Assembly: GCA_963795085.1 (NCBI GenBank) | Contig: CAWCFX010000004.1 | Span: forward strand, 1-64,000 | Length of the DNA stretch: 64,000 nt | Direction: 5' to 3' | Origin: an uncultured Gemmatimonadales bacterium | GTDB taxonomy: Bacteria > Gemmatimonadota > Gemmatimonadetes > Gemmatimonadales > GWC2-71-9 | Shown: positions 40,212 through 50,126 of the stretch, piece by piece | Layout of the letters: every line of letters starts with the position of its first letter | Numbering within the stretch: position 1 is the first letter of the stretch | The notes under the pieces: generated by a model | Database searches by the model: none | Told to the model about the DNA's origin: nothing | Seen by the model: the letters and a program-made list of their open reading frames with translations, nothing else | Position numbers and translations under genes: made by a program

Positions 40212-41354
40212 TTAAATTGTATAACTTTCCAGCCACTGAATATCGTCGCCGTCCGTCCGCACCAGGTACACGCTGTTCTTCCCGAAGCCGGCGATCCGCC
40301 GGTCCCGGGGCAGGGTCACGGTACGCACGAAGGTACCCTGCTGGTCGAAGACGTCCACCGTGGGCACCGGGTCGCCGCCCCGGCGGGAGCGCAGCAGCCA
40401 GAGCTGGCCATTGGGCGCGACCCATGCACTGTTCCGCCCGGGGAAGGGCGGCTTGAACCCGGGGTACTGGGGCGCCGGCATGTTCACCGTCGGGGGGGGC
40501 CCCGATGCCCCGGGGCCACTCCCGAACGTTACCCGCGGAGCACCCTGGGCCCTCTGCTGTGACTCGCGGTCGGCATCGTTCACCCGGACCGGCTGGTGGC
40601 GATTGACCGGCCCGGAGGTCCGCTGCTTCGCCGGAGAATACCAGTCCACATGGAAATCCGTTACGCGCGCCACCGCCATCCGGCCATCGGCGCCCACCGC
40701 CCAGGTGTCTTCGGGGCTGAACGGCTCCGGCCGCATCATCATCATGCGGCCCTGCCCGGAGCTGGATGTCCGCATGGTCATGGCGGTGATCTTGAGGAAG
40801 GTCACGGTATCCACCGTCGCCCGCCGCCGGTCCCACCGCAGCACCGGCACCGAGTCGGGCGGTGATGCCATGCTGCCCGGCCCGCCCGGCGGGATCAGGC
40901 TTCCCCGGAAATAGATCCGGCCCGCCAGGTCTGAATACTGTGGATCGGCGCCGATTCCGAGATTCTCGGGGAACGGGATGTGGCCGCCGGCCTTGCCGTT
41001 CGGCAGGATGATGAGAAAGCGGCGGTTCGACGGGTCCACCAACAAGGTTGAGTCTCCCGCCAGAGGCAGCAGCGCCCCGGGAAACGAGTACTCGCCGGGG
41101 CCCTGGCCCTCGCGCCCGACCCGCACCGCCGTGCCCGCGGTGAGGTCGAGCAACTGGACCGTTTTCTCCCCCGGATCGGCCACCAGGACCCTGCCGTTGG
41201 AGAGTTCCCGGATGGACCCGACATTGGTGAATCCGTCGGCGGACTGGGCCGTCGGCCGGCCCAGCGAAGGCCCGCCGGCCCGCTGCTGCGCCTGGCCAGT
41301 TGAATAGGGAACCGCACAGATACACGCGAATAGCAGAAACGACCCGGCCCGCAT
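40212..41354 (-). CDS. Six-bladed beta-propeller secreted protein, paralog of 39016-40155
   Basis: RELSNGRVLVAD..GREGQGPGEYSFP; AGFGKNSVYL. Confidence 0.88.
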   Translation of the reverse strand: MRAGSFLLFACICAVPYSTGQAQQRAGGPSLGRPTAQSADGFTNVGSIRELSNGRVLVADPGEKTVQLLDLTAGTAVRVGREGQGPGEYSFPGALLPLAGDSTLLVDPSNRRFLIILPNGKAGGHIPFPENLGIGADPQYSDLAGRIYFRGSLIPPGGPGSMASPPDSVPVLRWDRRRATVDTVTFLKITAMTMRTSSSGQGRMMMMRPEPFSPEDTWAVGADGRMAVARVTDFHVDWYSPAKQRTSGPVNRHQPVRVNDADRESQQRAQGAPRVTFGSGPGASGPPPTVNMPAPQYPGFKPPFPGRNSAWVAPNGQLWLLRSRRGGDPVPTVDVFDQQGTFVRTVTLPRDRRIAGFGKNSVYLVRTDGDDIQWLESYTI

Positions 41355-41476
41355 GCGAAATCTCCGGAATGGCGGAATGTCCCATGGGGATGCCTTGGGA
41401 GGAGCGAAGGTTGCAGAATCCCCCTTGCCCCCTTGCCCCCTTGCCGCCTTGCCCCCTGGCCCCCTTATATCAACCC

Positions 41477-43315
41477 GTGACTCTCTACGCCTCCGCCGCC
41501 CATCCCGATCCCCTCGATTTCCTGGCCGAAGTCTCGGTCTTCACGGGGGTAGATCCGGACCTGATGGCCGAACTGGCCGGCCAGGTGGAATGGTGTCACA
41601 TCCACGGTGGCGGGATCCTCTTCCGCCAGGGCGAGGAGGGGGACGCGCTGTACATGGTGGTAAGCGGCCGGCTCCGGGTCCTGGTGGAGCGGCCGGACGG
41701 CAAGGGGATTGAGCGGGTCCTTCGCGACGTTACCCGCGGCGAGACGGTAGGAGAACTCGCCCTGATCGCCGGCGAAGCCCGCTCGGCGACCGTCGTGGCG
41801 CTTCGGGACACCGAGCTGGGAAAAATCTCCCGCTCCGCCTTCTCCCGTCTCATGGAGCGGGATCCCCGTTCCATGCTGGGTATCACCCGCATGCTGGCCG
41901 GGTGGCTGACCAACCCGGCCCAGCCTGAGCCGGCGCACCCGGCTACGATCGCCCTGGTGCCGCTGGGGCGGGAGAGTCCGCTCGCGGACACCGCGAGGCA
42001 GCTAAGCGTGGCCCTTTCCCGTCTGGGCCGGACCCTTCATCTCAATTCGGCCATCATTGACCGGATGGTGGGGCCGGGAACCTCGCAACTGGGCGACCGC
42101 GATCCTGCCTACCCTGCCCTCACCCGTTGGCTCAACGACCAGGAAGCCGAGTACCAGTTCATCCTGTACCAGGCCGACCTCGAGTATTCGCCGTGGACCA
42201 TGCGCTGCCTCAGCCAGGCCGACCGTATCCTCCAGGTGGCCCGAAACGGCGATGGGCCGGCCGGGGAGAGCGGCTTTGGTCCCCGCGGGTCGGCCGGCGC
42301 CATCGGCGGCGGGGCCGACCAGGAACTGGTCCTGGTGCACGAGGCGGGGTACCCGGGCGGCACCGCCGAGTGGCTGAGCCGGGGTGATTTCCGCACCCAC
42401 CATCATGTGAAGCTGGATGGCGGCCCGGACTTCGACCGGCTGGCCCGCCACCTCAATGGGACGGCGGTGGGCCTGGTGCTGGGCGGCGGGGGCGCGCGGG
42501 GGTTCGCTCATATCGGGGTGATCAAGGCGCTCCGCGAGCTGGGTATTCCCGTGGACCGGCTGGGCGGCACCAGCATGGGGGCCGTCATCGCCGCGCAGTA
42601 CGCCGCCGGGATGTCCCCCGAAGAGATGGTGGAGCTGAACCGCCGCGGGTGGATCGGCTTCCGCCCCCACCGCGACTTTACCCTGCCCTTGATCTCCATG
42701 CTGTCGGGCCGCGCCGCCGGCCGGATGCTCAAGATGATGTTCGGCGACCGGATGATCGAGGACCTGTGGCTCAACTACTACTGCGTCTCGACCAACCTGA
42801 GCCGCGCGGAACTGATGGTGCACCGGCAGGGCCCGGTTAGGCGGTGGGTCCGGGCCAGTATCGCCCTGCCCGGCTCGGCGCCGCCGCTCATCGGCGACGC
42901 GGGGGACCTGCTGATTGATGGGGGGGTGCTCGACAACGTCCCCATCGGGGCCATGCAGCAGCTGGGCGAGGCCAGCATCATCGCCGTGGACGTCTCGCCG
43001 GACGTGGACCTGGTGGTGGATACCGGGCTCAAGCTGGCGCCCAGCCCCTGGCGGGTCCTGGGCGACCGGGTGCGGGGCCGCGACAGCCGCAGATTCCCCA
43101 GCCTCTTTCAAATTCTCTACAGAACCTCGGTGCTCTCGAGTATCCGGCTGGGCAAGGAGCGGCGGGACGGAGTGGCCCTCTACCTGGAGCCCCCCGCCGG
43201 CGGGTTTGATATCTTCGCGATGGATCGGATTGATGCGATCGTGGAGGTGGGATACCGTTATACCATGGAACAGCTGACCAGCGGCGCCGTCAGGTTGCCG
43301 GGGTGGCCAACCTGA
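41477..43315 (+). CDS. Cyclic-nucleotide-binding patatin-like phospholipase (NTE family)
   Basis: LFRQGEEGDALY..GELALI..RSATV (cNMP); GGGGARG, GTSMG, DGG. Confidence 0.93.
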   Translation: MTLYASAAHPDPLDFLAEVSVFTGVDPDLMAELAGQVEWCHIHGGGILFRQGEEGDALYMVVSGRLRVLVERPDGKGIERVLRDVTRGETVGELALIAGEARSATVVALRDTELGKISRSAFSRLMERDPRSMLGITRMLAGWLTNPAQPEPAHPATIALVPLGRESPLADTARQLSVALSRLGRTLHLNSAIIDRMVGPGTSQLGDRDPAYPALTRWLNDQEAEYQFILYQADLEYSPWTMRCLSQADRILQVARNGDGPAGESGFGPRGSAGAIGGGADQELVLVHEAGYPGGTAEWLSRGDFRTHHHVKLDGGPDFDRLARHLNGTAVGLVLGGGGARGFAHIGVIKALRELGIPVDRLGGTSMGAVIAAQYAAGMSPEEMVELNRRGWIGFRPHRDFTLPLISMLSGRAAGRMLKMMFGDRMIEDLWLNYYCVSTNLSRAELMVHRQGPVRRWVRASIALPGSAPPLIGDAGDLLIDGGVLDNVPIGAMQQLGEASIIAVDVSPDVDLVVDTGLKLAPSPWRVLGDRVRGRDSRRFPSLFQILYRTSVLSSIRLGKERRDGVALYLEPPAGGFDIFAMDRIDAIVEVGYRYTMEQLTSGAVRLPGWPT

Positions 43316-43466
43316 CGCTCGCCTTGGCGCGATCGAGAAAAACGGTTCCCTGGCCAAAGCCCAGCAGGGAGGTATCCAGGGGCCGGCGGATCTCGCCCAG
43401 GGGCTCCGCCTGGTCGTTGTAAATCTCATACACCGTGCTGCAGAGTTTCGATGCCATCAGTACCAT
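43290..43466 (-). pseudogene. Internally deleted beta-propeller gene (58 aa remnant)
   Basis: RBS AGGAAAGGG + MVLMASKLCST joined in frame to VYEIYNDQAEPLGEIRRPLDTSLLGFGQGTVFL, which resembles the last blade of the 39016/40212 proteins. Confidence 0.55.
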
Positions 43467-43568
43467 GGTGCCCTTTCCTGTGATGCTGTATGGGGTTGGA
43501 TGCCAGGATGGCGGGAATGGTTGCGGAGGCGGGCGGCGGACCGGGGAGTTGGCCAGCCCTGGCCACGG

Positions 43569-43657
43569 TCCCACTGTCCCACTGTCCCACTGTCCCACTG
43601 CCCACTGACCCACTGTCCCACTGCCCACTGTCCCACTGACCCACTGACCCACTGACC
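43569..43657 (-). repeat. (CAGTGGGA/T)n octamer array
   Basis: Seen directly. Confidence 0.9.
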
Positions 43658-43681
43658 CCCTGTCCCCCTGTGCCCCCTTGA

Positions 43682-43712
43682 GCAAACCCTTTTCCCCCCA
43701 TGGGGTTCTCAT
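43682..43712 (+). promoter_or_regulatory. Putative ECF sigma promoter
   Basis: GCAAACC-N16-GTTCTCAT upstream of the ECF gene; matches 47263-47293. Confidence 0.55.
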
Positions 43713-43732
43713 CCCTGAAGGCAGCCACACGA

Positions 43733-44296
43733 ATGATTCCCGGGAGTGCCGTGACTGAGCAGAGCCTGATCCAGCGGGTCCTGGAGGGAGATCCTGGCGC
43801 CGAGCGCGAGCTGTACGACGCGTACGTGGACCGGGTCTTCCGGCTGGCCTACCGGATGGCCGGGGAGAGCGACCTGGCCCAGGACTTCGTCCAGGAGACC
43901 TTCATCAAGGTGTTCGGCCGGCTCAGCACCTTCCGGGGCGAGTCGGCGCTGGGAACCTGGATCACCTCGATCGCGATCTCGGTGGCGCTCAACGGGCTCC
44001 GGAAGGTGAAGCGGTTCCACCAGCGGGAAGCCAACCTTGAGGAAGCGGCGCTGGTCACAGGAGGGAGCAGCCGGCGCCCCGAGCCGGACCTCAAGAGCAG
44101 GATGCGGGAGGCGATCAGCCGGCTGCCGGAAGGGTACCGAACGGTGTTCGTGATGCATGACATGGAAGGCTATACCCACGAGGAGATCGGGACCGCGCTC
44201 GGGGTGCAGCCGGGGACTTCGAAAGCACAATTGTTCCGCGCCCGCGCCCGGTTGCGCGAAGCGCTCGCGGATTTCGCGGGAGAGACGGCGATATGA
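43733..44296 (+). CDS. ECF RNA polymerase sigma factor
   Basis: AQDFVQETFIK, FRGESALGTWI, LPEGYRTVFVMHDMEGYTHEEIG..GTSKAQLFRAR. Confidence 0.95.
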   Translation: MIPGSAVTEQSLIQRVLEGDPGAERELYDAYVDRVFRLAYRMAGESDLAQDFVQETFIKVFGRLSTFRGESALGTWITSIAISVALNGLRKVKRFHQREANLEEAALVTGGSSRRPEPDLKSRMREAISRLPEGYRTVFVMHDMEGYTHEEIGTALGVQPGTSKAQLFRARARLREALADFAGETAI

Positions 44297-44922
44297 CGGA
44301 CGATCAACTGGACGAACGGCTGCGCGCCCTGGCGGAAGGCTACCACCATCCGCCGGAGACCCCGCGCGAGGACATGTGGCAGGCTATTCAGCGGGGCCGG
44401 GTTGCCCAGCGGAGCCGGCGCCGCCCAACCTGGAGGCCCTACGCCTGGGGCGGACTTGCTGCCGCGGCCGTGCTGGTGGTGGGAATCCTGATCGGGACCC
44501 GCATCGAGACGAGCCAGCCCCAGCTGGCTGAGGAGAACCAGGGCGTCCCGGCTCAGCCCGGGAGCGGCAGCGACCGCGCATTCCGGATGGCCGCCGTGCA
44601 GTACCTGGGCGAGACCGAAGAGTTCCTTACCGTGTTCCGCGCCGACGCGCGGCAGGGCCAGCTGGATCCCACCGCATCCGCGCGGGCCCGCCAGCTGCTG
44701 TCGTCCAATCGCCTGCTCATGGACTCGCCGGCGGCGCAGGACCCCGAGATCAACGCCCTCCTGATGGACCTCGAACTGGTCCTCGCCGAGATCTCCCGGG
44801 TCTCCGGGTCGGCGCCGGCGCGGGGCGAAGCGGGACTCATCAACGAAGGCATTGAACAAGGCGGCCTGCTCGAGCGCCTGCGTACCGCCGTGCCGGCTGG
44901 ACAGCCGGGCATCGGCCTTTAA
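44293..44922 (+). CDS. Putative membrane anti-sigma factor
   Basis: ATGA overlap with the sigma gene; single TM (GLAAAAVLVVGILIG). Confidence 0.75.
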   Translation: MTDDQLDERLRALAEGYHHPPETPREDMWQAIQRGRVAQRSRRRPTWRPYAWGGLAAAAVLVVGILIGTRIETSQPQLAEENQGVPAQPGSGSDRAFRMAAVQYLGETEEFLTVFRADARQGQLDPTASARARQLLSSNRLLMDSPAAQDPEINALLMDLELVLAEISRVSGSAPARGEAGLINEGIEQGGLLERLRTAVPAGQPGIGL

Positions 44923-44937
44923 GGAGAGTAAACAGCC

Positions 44938-46359
44938 ATGCGTGCCACCACCCTGATGTTGACCCTCGCCGCGGCCGGAATGCCGCTCTACCTGGACCGC
45001 GGTCCCGTCCTCCAGGAAACGGCTACCGTCCAGACGGTGGCAGCCGAAGAGTTCCGGACCGATCCACCGGCGGCCTGGGCCGTCGAGGACCCGGCCGACT
45101 CCCTCTACCGGGAGGCGCGCGCCGCGCTCCGCCGCAACGATTACACCCGGGCCTCCACCCTGTTCCGCCAGGTGCGGGACAAGTACCCCCGTTCCGAGTA
45201 CGCGCCCGACGCCTACTACTGGGAAGCGTTCGCGCTGTACCGGGCCGGCGGCAAAACCAACCTGCAGCAGGCCCGGGAAGCGCTTCGGCTGCAGCGGCAG
45301 CGCCATGCCCGGCAAGCCGACACCTCGGATGCCCGCTCGCTGGCGACCCGGGTGTGCGGCGCCCTGGCCCGGATGGGCGATTCCGAGTGCGCCGAGCTGA
45401 TCACCGAGCGTGCCTCGGCGGTAGCCGGCGGGAGCTCCTCCGGCGGAGCGGCCTCGAGCAGCGGCCGGAACTCCGGGCGCTGCCCCGATGAGGAAGACGA
45501 CATGCGGGTCGAGGCGCTCAATGCCGTGCTGCAGATGGACGCCGACCGCGCCATGCCGCTGCTCCGCCGGGTGCTGGAACGGCGCGACGAGTGCTCCGCT
45601 CCGCTCCGGCGGAAGGCGATCTTCCTGGTGTCGCAGCAGCGGACCAGCGAGACCGAGAACATCCTGCTGGCGGCCGCCCGGAACGACCCCGACCCCGAGG
45701 TGCGGGAGCAGTCGGTCTTCTGGCTCTCCCAGGTCGGAACCGACCGCTCGGTGAGCGCCCTCGATTCCATCCTGCGGAGTTCCACCGATCCCAAGCTGCA
45801 GGAGAAGGCCATTTTCGCCCTCTCCCAGGTGAACAACGCCCGCGCCGGCGCCGCCATCCGGGAGTTCGCCGAGCGGAATGATGTGCGGGACGAGTTGCGG
45901 GAGCAGGCCATCTTCTGGATCGGGCAGCAGAACCGGCCGGAAAACGCCCGCTACCTGCAGACGCTCTTTGGCCGGATCAACTCCCAGGAACTCAAGGAGA
46001 AGATCATCTTCTCCCTCTCCCAGATGCAGGGCGAGGAGAACACCCGCTGGATCATGAACATTGCCCTGGACGAGGCCCAGAACATTGCCATGCGGAAGCA
46101 GGCGCTCTTCTGGGCCGGGCAGACCGGGGGCAGCCTCCCGGAACTGCTCGCGCTCTACGGGCGGATCCAGAACCCGGAGATGAAGGAGCAGCTGATCTTC
46201 GTGTACTCGCAGCGGCGGGAGAAGGCGGCGGTGGACAAGCTGCTGGACATCGCCCGGAACGACAGCGACCGGGAGATGCGGAAGAAGGCCCTCTTCTGGC
46301 TCTCCCAGTCAAACGACCCCCGGGTGGTGGACCTGCTGCAGGAGATTATCGACCAATGA
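44938..46359 (+). CDS. HEAT repeat protein with N-terminal TPR-like domain
   Basis: Repeated ..R..A(I/V)FWL(S/G)Q units; YPRSEYAPDAYYW. Confidence 0.88.
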   Translation: MRATTLMLTLAAAGMPLYLDRGPVLQETATVQTVAAEEFRTDPPAAWAVEDPADSLYREARAALRRNDYTRASTLFRQVRDKYPRSEYAPDAYYWEAFALYRAGGKTNLQQAREALRLQRQRHARQADTSDARSLATRVCGALARMGDSECAELITERASAVAGGSSSGGAASSSGRNSGRCPDEEDDMRVEALNAVLQMDADRAMPLLRRVLERRDECSAPLRRKAIFLVSQQRTSETENILLAAARNDPDPEVREQSVFWLSQVGTDRSVSALDSILRSSTDPKLQEKAIFALSQVNNARAGAAIREFAERNDVRDELREQAIFWIGQQNRPENARYLQTLFGRINSQELKEKIIFSLSQMQGEENTRWIMNIALDEAQNIAMRKQALFWAGQTGGSLPELLALYGRIQNPEMKEQLIFVYSQRREKAAVDKLLDIARNDSDREMRKKALFWLSQSNDPRVVDLLQEIIDQ

Positions 46360-47129
46360 GAACGATCACCCTGGTGGTGCTGGGGCTGGCCGGGCTGGCC
46401 GCCCACCCCGCGAGCGCCCAGTCGCTCGCGGCCCGGATCAGCGAAGTGCGCGAGGGTACGGTGCGTTTCAGTTTCAAGTCCCGGCCGGACGTCTGCGGCA
46501 GCGGCGAGCACAGCATCCAGACCGGCTCGGGCCGCCACTTCGGCACCTGGAATTCGGACGATGTGAGCCGGAGCGACTGCGTGTATGGCCCGGTGCATCT
46601 CCGGGTCACCCGGAGCGGCGGAACGGTCACCCGGATCGGGGTCACGGTGGGAGCCTGGGCCGGCACGGGCGGCACCAGCCTCGGCATGGTCTCCACCCGG
46701 GAGGCCGCGGCGTGGCTGATGGCCCTCGCCAGGAACAGCGAGACCAAGGCCGGGGGCGAGGCCATGTTCGCCGTCACCCTGGCGGACAGCGTCACCCCAT
46801 GGCCCGAGATGCTCGCCATCGCGCGGGACGCATCGGTGCGCCAGGACACCCGCAAGCAGGCCGTCTTCTGGCTGGGCCAGGCCGCGGGCGACGCCGCCAC
46901 CAAGGGGCTGACCGAGCTGGCGGAGGACGATGACGGGGACCGCGAAGTGCGGGAGTCGGCGGTGTTCGCGCTCTCCCAGTTGAAGAACGACCAGGGTGTG
47001 CCGGCGCTGGTGCGCATCGCGCGCAGCAACGGCGACCCCAGGATCCGCCGCACCGCATTGTTCTGGCTGGGCCAGTCGGAAGACCCGCGGGCGCTGGACC
47101 TCTTCGAAGAGCTGCTCGTCCGCCAGTAG
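46356..47129 (+). CDS. Secreted HEAT repeat protein
   Basis: Signal peptide; RKQAVFWLGQ, RESAVFALSQ, RRTALFWLGQ. Confidence 0.88.
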   Translation: MRTITLVVLGLAGLAAHPASAQSLAARISEVREGTVRFSFKSRPDVCGSGEHSIQTGSGRHFGTWNSDDVSRSDCVYGPVHLRVTRSGGTVTRIGVTVGAWAGTGGTSLGMVSTREAAAWLMALARNSETKAGGEAMFAVTLADSVTPWPEMLAIARDASVRQDTRKQAVFWLGQAAGDAATKGLTELAEDDDGDREVRESAVFALSQLKNDQGVPALVRIARSNGDPRIRRTALFWLGQSEDPRALDLFEELLVRQ

Positions 47130-47262
47130 AACGATGGACGGTCCAGTAGAACGATTGCCGGTAATGAAGGGAAGGCCGGCGGTTTGCCTCCGCCGGCCTT
47201 CGCCGTTTCGCCGCATCCCCCGCCCCCGGCTCACGTTTCACCGCTTCTGCAACGTACCACCA

Positions 47263-47293
47263 GTAAACCTTTTTCCCGTTTCTCCGTTCTAAT
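47263..47293 (+). promoter_or_regulatory. Putative ECF sigma promoter
   Basis: GTAAACC-N16-GTTCTAAT, same spacing as 43682-43712. Confidence 0.55.
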
Positions 47294-47341
47294 AGGTGTA
47301 GCCGCGTTCCAAACGTTGCAACCTCTACAAGAACGGTTCTT

Positions 47342-49990
47342 ATGGCACTCCCCGTGGCGGGGCTTCTGGCCCTCGTTTTGGTGCAACAGGCGTCCACTAC
47401 ACCGGTCGCGTTCCCCGTGTCGACCCCTGCGGAAGTCCGCGCGGTCCGCGCCACGGCAGGTATTTCGATTGACGGGATACTGGATGAGCCGTCGTGGCAG
47501 GGCCAGCACGGGGTGTCCGCCTTTACCCAGCGGGAGCCGGACCAGGGCTCGGCGCCCACCGAGCGCACCCTGGTCTTCATGGCGTTTGACAACGAGGCCA
47601 TCTACGTCGGCGCCCGGCTCTTCGATTCTTCCCCCGATTCGGTAGTGGCCCGCCTGGCCCGGCGGGACCGGTACACCAGCGCCGACATGTTTTACGTTTT
47701 TCTCGATCCCTATCTTGACCGGCGCACCGGTTTCTACTTCGCGGTCAACGCCGCAGGGACCCTCTACGATGGGGTACTCTACAACGACGATTGGGACGAC
47801 GATAACTGGGACGGGGTCTGGGAGGCGAAGACAATGCGGGACGCCGAGGGGTGGACCGTGGAGATGCGCATCCCGTATTCCCAGCTGCGCTTTCACCAGG
47901 CCGACCAGCAGCGCTGGGGTATCAACTTCAAGCGGGAGATCGCCCGGAAGAACGAGCAGACCTATCTCACCTTCACACCCAGGAACCAGAGCGGGTTTGT
48001 CTCACGTTTCGTTCCGCTGGTCGGCATTGACGGAGTGAAGCCGCCGGCACGGCTCGAGATTCTTCCCTATATCACCTCCCGGGCGTCGATGACCAACCCG
48101 GCCGCCGGGAATCCGTTCAACGACGGGCGGGAGCTGTCCACCAGCGTGGGGACCGATCTCAAGTTCGGCATCGGCAGCAACCTGACGGTGGACGCGACCA
48201 TCAACCCGGACTTCGGCCAGGTCGAGGTGGACCCCGCGGTGGTCAACCTGAGCGACTTCGAGACCTTCTTTCCCGAGAAGCGGCCCTTTTTCATCGAGGG
48301 CTCGACCATCTTCGATTTCGGGTACGGCGGGTCCAACAACAACTGGGGGTTCAACTGGGGGAACCCGGACTTCTTCTATACCCGGCGCGTGGGCCGCGCG
48401 CCCCAGGGCAGAGTTCCCTCCAGTGACTACGCCCGTTCCCCTGACGGGACCAGCATCCTCGGCGCCGCGAAACTGACGGGCAAGGTGGCCGGGTGGAACT
48501 TCGGCACCATGCAGGCGCTGACCGGGCGGGAGATGGCCCGGCTGGACGTGGGCGGCAGCCGGAGCGAGGCGGAGGTGGAACCCCGATCGTGGTACGGAGT
48601 GCTCCGCTCCCAGCGCGAGATGAACGGGGGCGCCCAGGGCATCGGCCTCATCGCCACGTCCACCCTGCGGGACTTCGACGATCCCCGGCTCCGGAACGAG
48701 ATCAACAGTTCGGCCTTCACCCTGGGGGTGGATGGGTGGACCTTCCTGGACCGGGACAAGGTGTGGGTCATCTCCGGATGGACCGGGGCCAGCATGGTGC
48801 AGGGCTCGGCCGAACGGATCACCCGCCTGCAGCGCAGCTCGCTGCACTATTTCCAGCGGCCCGATGCCGCGCATCTCGACCTGGACCCGTCTGCCACCTC
48901 GCTCAGCGGGCTGGCCGGCCGGGTCGCGCTCAACAAGCAGAAGGGCAACTGGCGCTTCAACTCCGCGCTCGGCGTGGTCACCCCCGGCTTCGACGTCAAC
49001 GACCTCGGGTTCCAGAGCCGCACCGACGTCATCAACACGCACGCCGTGGTGGGCCGCCGGTGGTCCACCCCTGGCAAGACCTTTCGGTTCGTGAATACCA
49101 ATACCGCCCTGTTCGGCCTCTGGGACTTCGGTGGGGAGCTGACCGGGGCCGGCGTGTTCCACAACGCCTACTTCCAGTTCCTGAACTATCACAGCATCGA
49201 ATACATCCTGGCCGTCAACCCCGACCGGCTGAGCAACCGGCTGACGCGGGGGGGCCCCTATACCCGGACTCCGGCGGGGATTGAAGCGGGCCTGTTCTAC
49301 AGTTCGGACGAGCGGAAGTCGGTCTCGTTCAATGCGAACATCTACACCTACACCGCGCAGGAGCGATCCAGTGTGAACCGGGAGGTCTCGGCCGGCGTGG
49401 AATGGCGGCCCAGCTCGAACATGACGCTCTCGTTCTCGCCCCGGGTCTCGCGGAGCTTCACCGCGGCGCAGTACGTGGGTACCTTCGCCGACCCGATGGC
49501 TACCGAGACCTTCGGCAACCGGTATGTCTTCGCCGAGCTGGGACAGACCTCGCTCTCCGGCGATATCCGGATGAACTGGATCTTCAATCCCAAGCTGAGC
49601 CTGGAGTTGTTCGCCCAGCCGCTGATCGCCTCGGGCGACTATTACCACTTCAAGGAACTGGCGAAGCCGCGGACCTACGACTTCAACCGCTACGGCCAGA
49701 ACGGCTCCACCTTTGACGGCCAGACCTACACAGCCGATCCCGATGGCCCCGGCCCCGCCACCCCGATCGCGGTGGGCAATCCCGACTTCAACTTCCGCTC
49801 GCTCCGGGGCAACGCGGTGCTCCGCTGGGAATACCTGCCCGGCTCCACCCTCTTCCTGGTCTGGACCCAGAGCCGGTCCAGCGTGGAGAATATCGGCAAC
49901 TTCCGGTTCGGCCATTCGGCGGGTGAACTGCTCCGGGCCGACGCGGACAACATCTTTGCGGTCAAGCTGACGTACTGGTGGAATCCGTAG
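47342..49990 (+). CDS. CBM9-like + DUF5916 outer-membrane protein
   Basis: IDGILDEPSW, GWTVEMRIPYSQLRF, TINPDFGQVEVD, FFPEKRPFFIEG, C-terminal KLTYWWNP. Confidence 0.88.
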   Translation: MALPVAGLLALVLVQQASTTPVAFPVSTPAEVRAVRATAGISIDGILDEPSWQGQHGVSAFTQREPDQGSAPTERTLVFMAFDNEAIYVGARLFDSSPDSVVARLARRDRYTSADMFYVFLDPYLDRRTGFYFAVNAAGTLYDGVLYNDDWDDDNWDGVWEAKTMRDAEGWTVEMRIPYSQLRFHQADQQRWGINFKREIARKNEQTYLTFTPRNQSGFVSRFVPLVGIDGVKPPARLEILPYITSRASMTNPAAGNPFNDGRELSTSVGTDLKFGIGSNLTVDATINPDFGQVEVDPAVVNLSDFETFFPEKRPFFIEGSTIFDFGYGGSNNNWGFNWGNPDFFYTRRVGRAPQGRVPSSDYARSPDGTSILGAAKLTGKVAGWNFGTMQALTGREMARLDVGGSRSEAEVEPRSWYGVLRSQREMNGGAQGIGLIATSTLRDFDDPRLRNEINSSAFTLGVDGWTFLDRDKVWVISGWTGASMVQGSAERITRLQRSSLHYFQRPDAAHLDLDPSATSLSGLAGRVALNKQKGNWRFNSALGVVTPGFDVNDLGFQSRTDVINTHAVVGRRWSTPGKTFRFVNTNTALFGLWDFGGELTGAGVFHNAYFQFLNYHSIEYILAVNPDRLSNRLTRGGPYTRTPAGIEAGLFYSSDERKSVSFNANIYTYTAQERSSVNREVSAGVEWRPSSNMTLSFSPRVSRSFTAAQYVGTFADPMATETFGNRYVFAELGQTSLSGDIRMNWIFNPKLSLELFAQPLIASGDYYHFKELAKPRTYDFNRYGQNGSTFDGQTYTADPDGPGPATPIAVGNPDFNFRSLRGNAVLRWEYLPGSTLFLVWTQSRSSVENIGNFRFGHSAGELLRADADNIFAVKLTYWWNP

Positions 49991-49996
49991 GGAGAA

Positions 49997-50047
49997 CAGA
50001 GTGCAGAGTGCAGAGTGCAGAGTGCAGAGTACTCTGCACTCTGCACT
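49997..50047. repeat. (GAGTGCA)n heptamer with inverted copy forming a hairpin; also at 38381-38411
   Basis: gagtgcagagtgcagagt-actctgcactctgcact. Confidence 0.8.
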
Positions 50048-50126
50048 GGCTTTTGTCAGCGTCATGTAATCCCGCTGTCATGTTTCTCTGTTCCCCGCCG
50101 GGGCCCCGGGCCCTACATTCCCGGGC

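Noticed and set aside
22651..50065. Long antisense or alternate-frame ORFs (22651-24330, 28613-30583, 29991-31709, 42002-43429, 48002-50065 and others)
   Set aside because: Shadow ORFs of well-supported genes in high-GC DNA.
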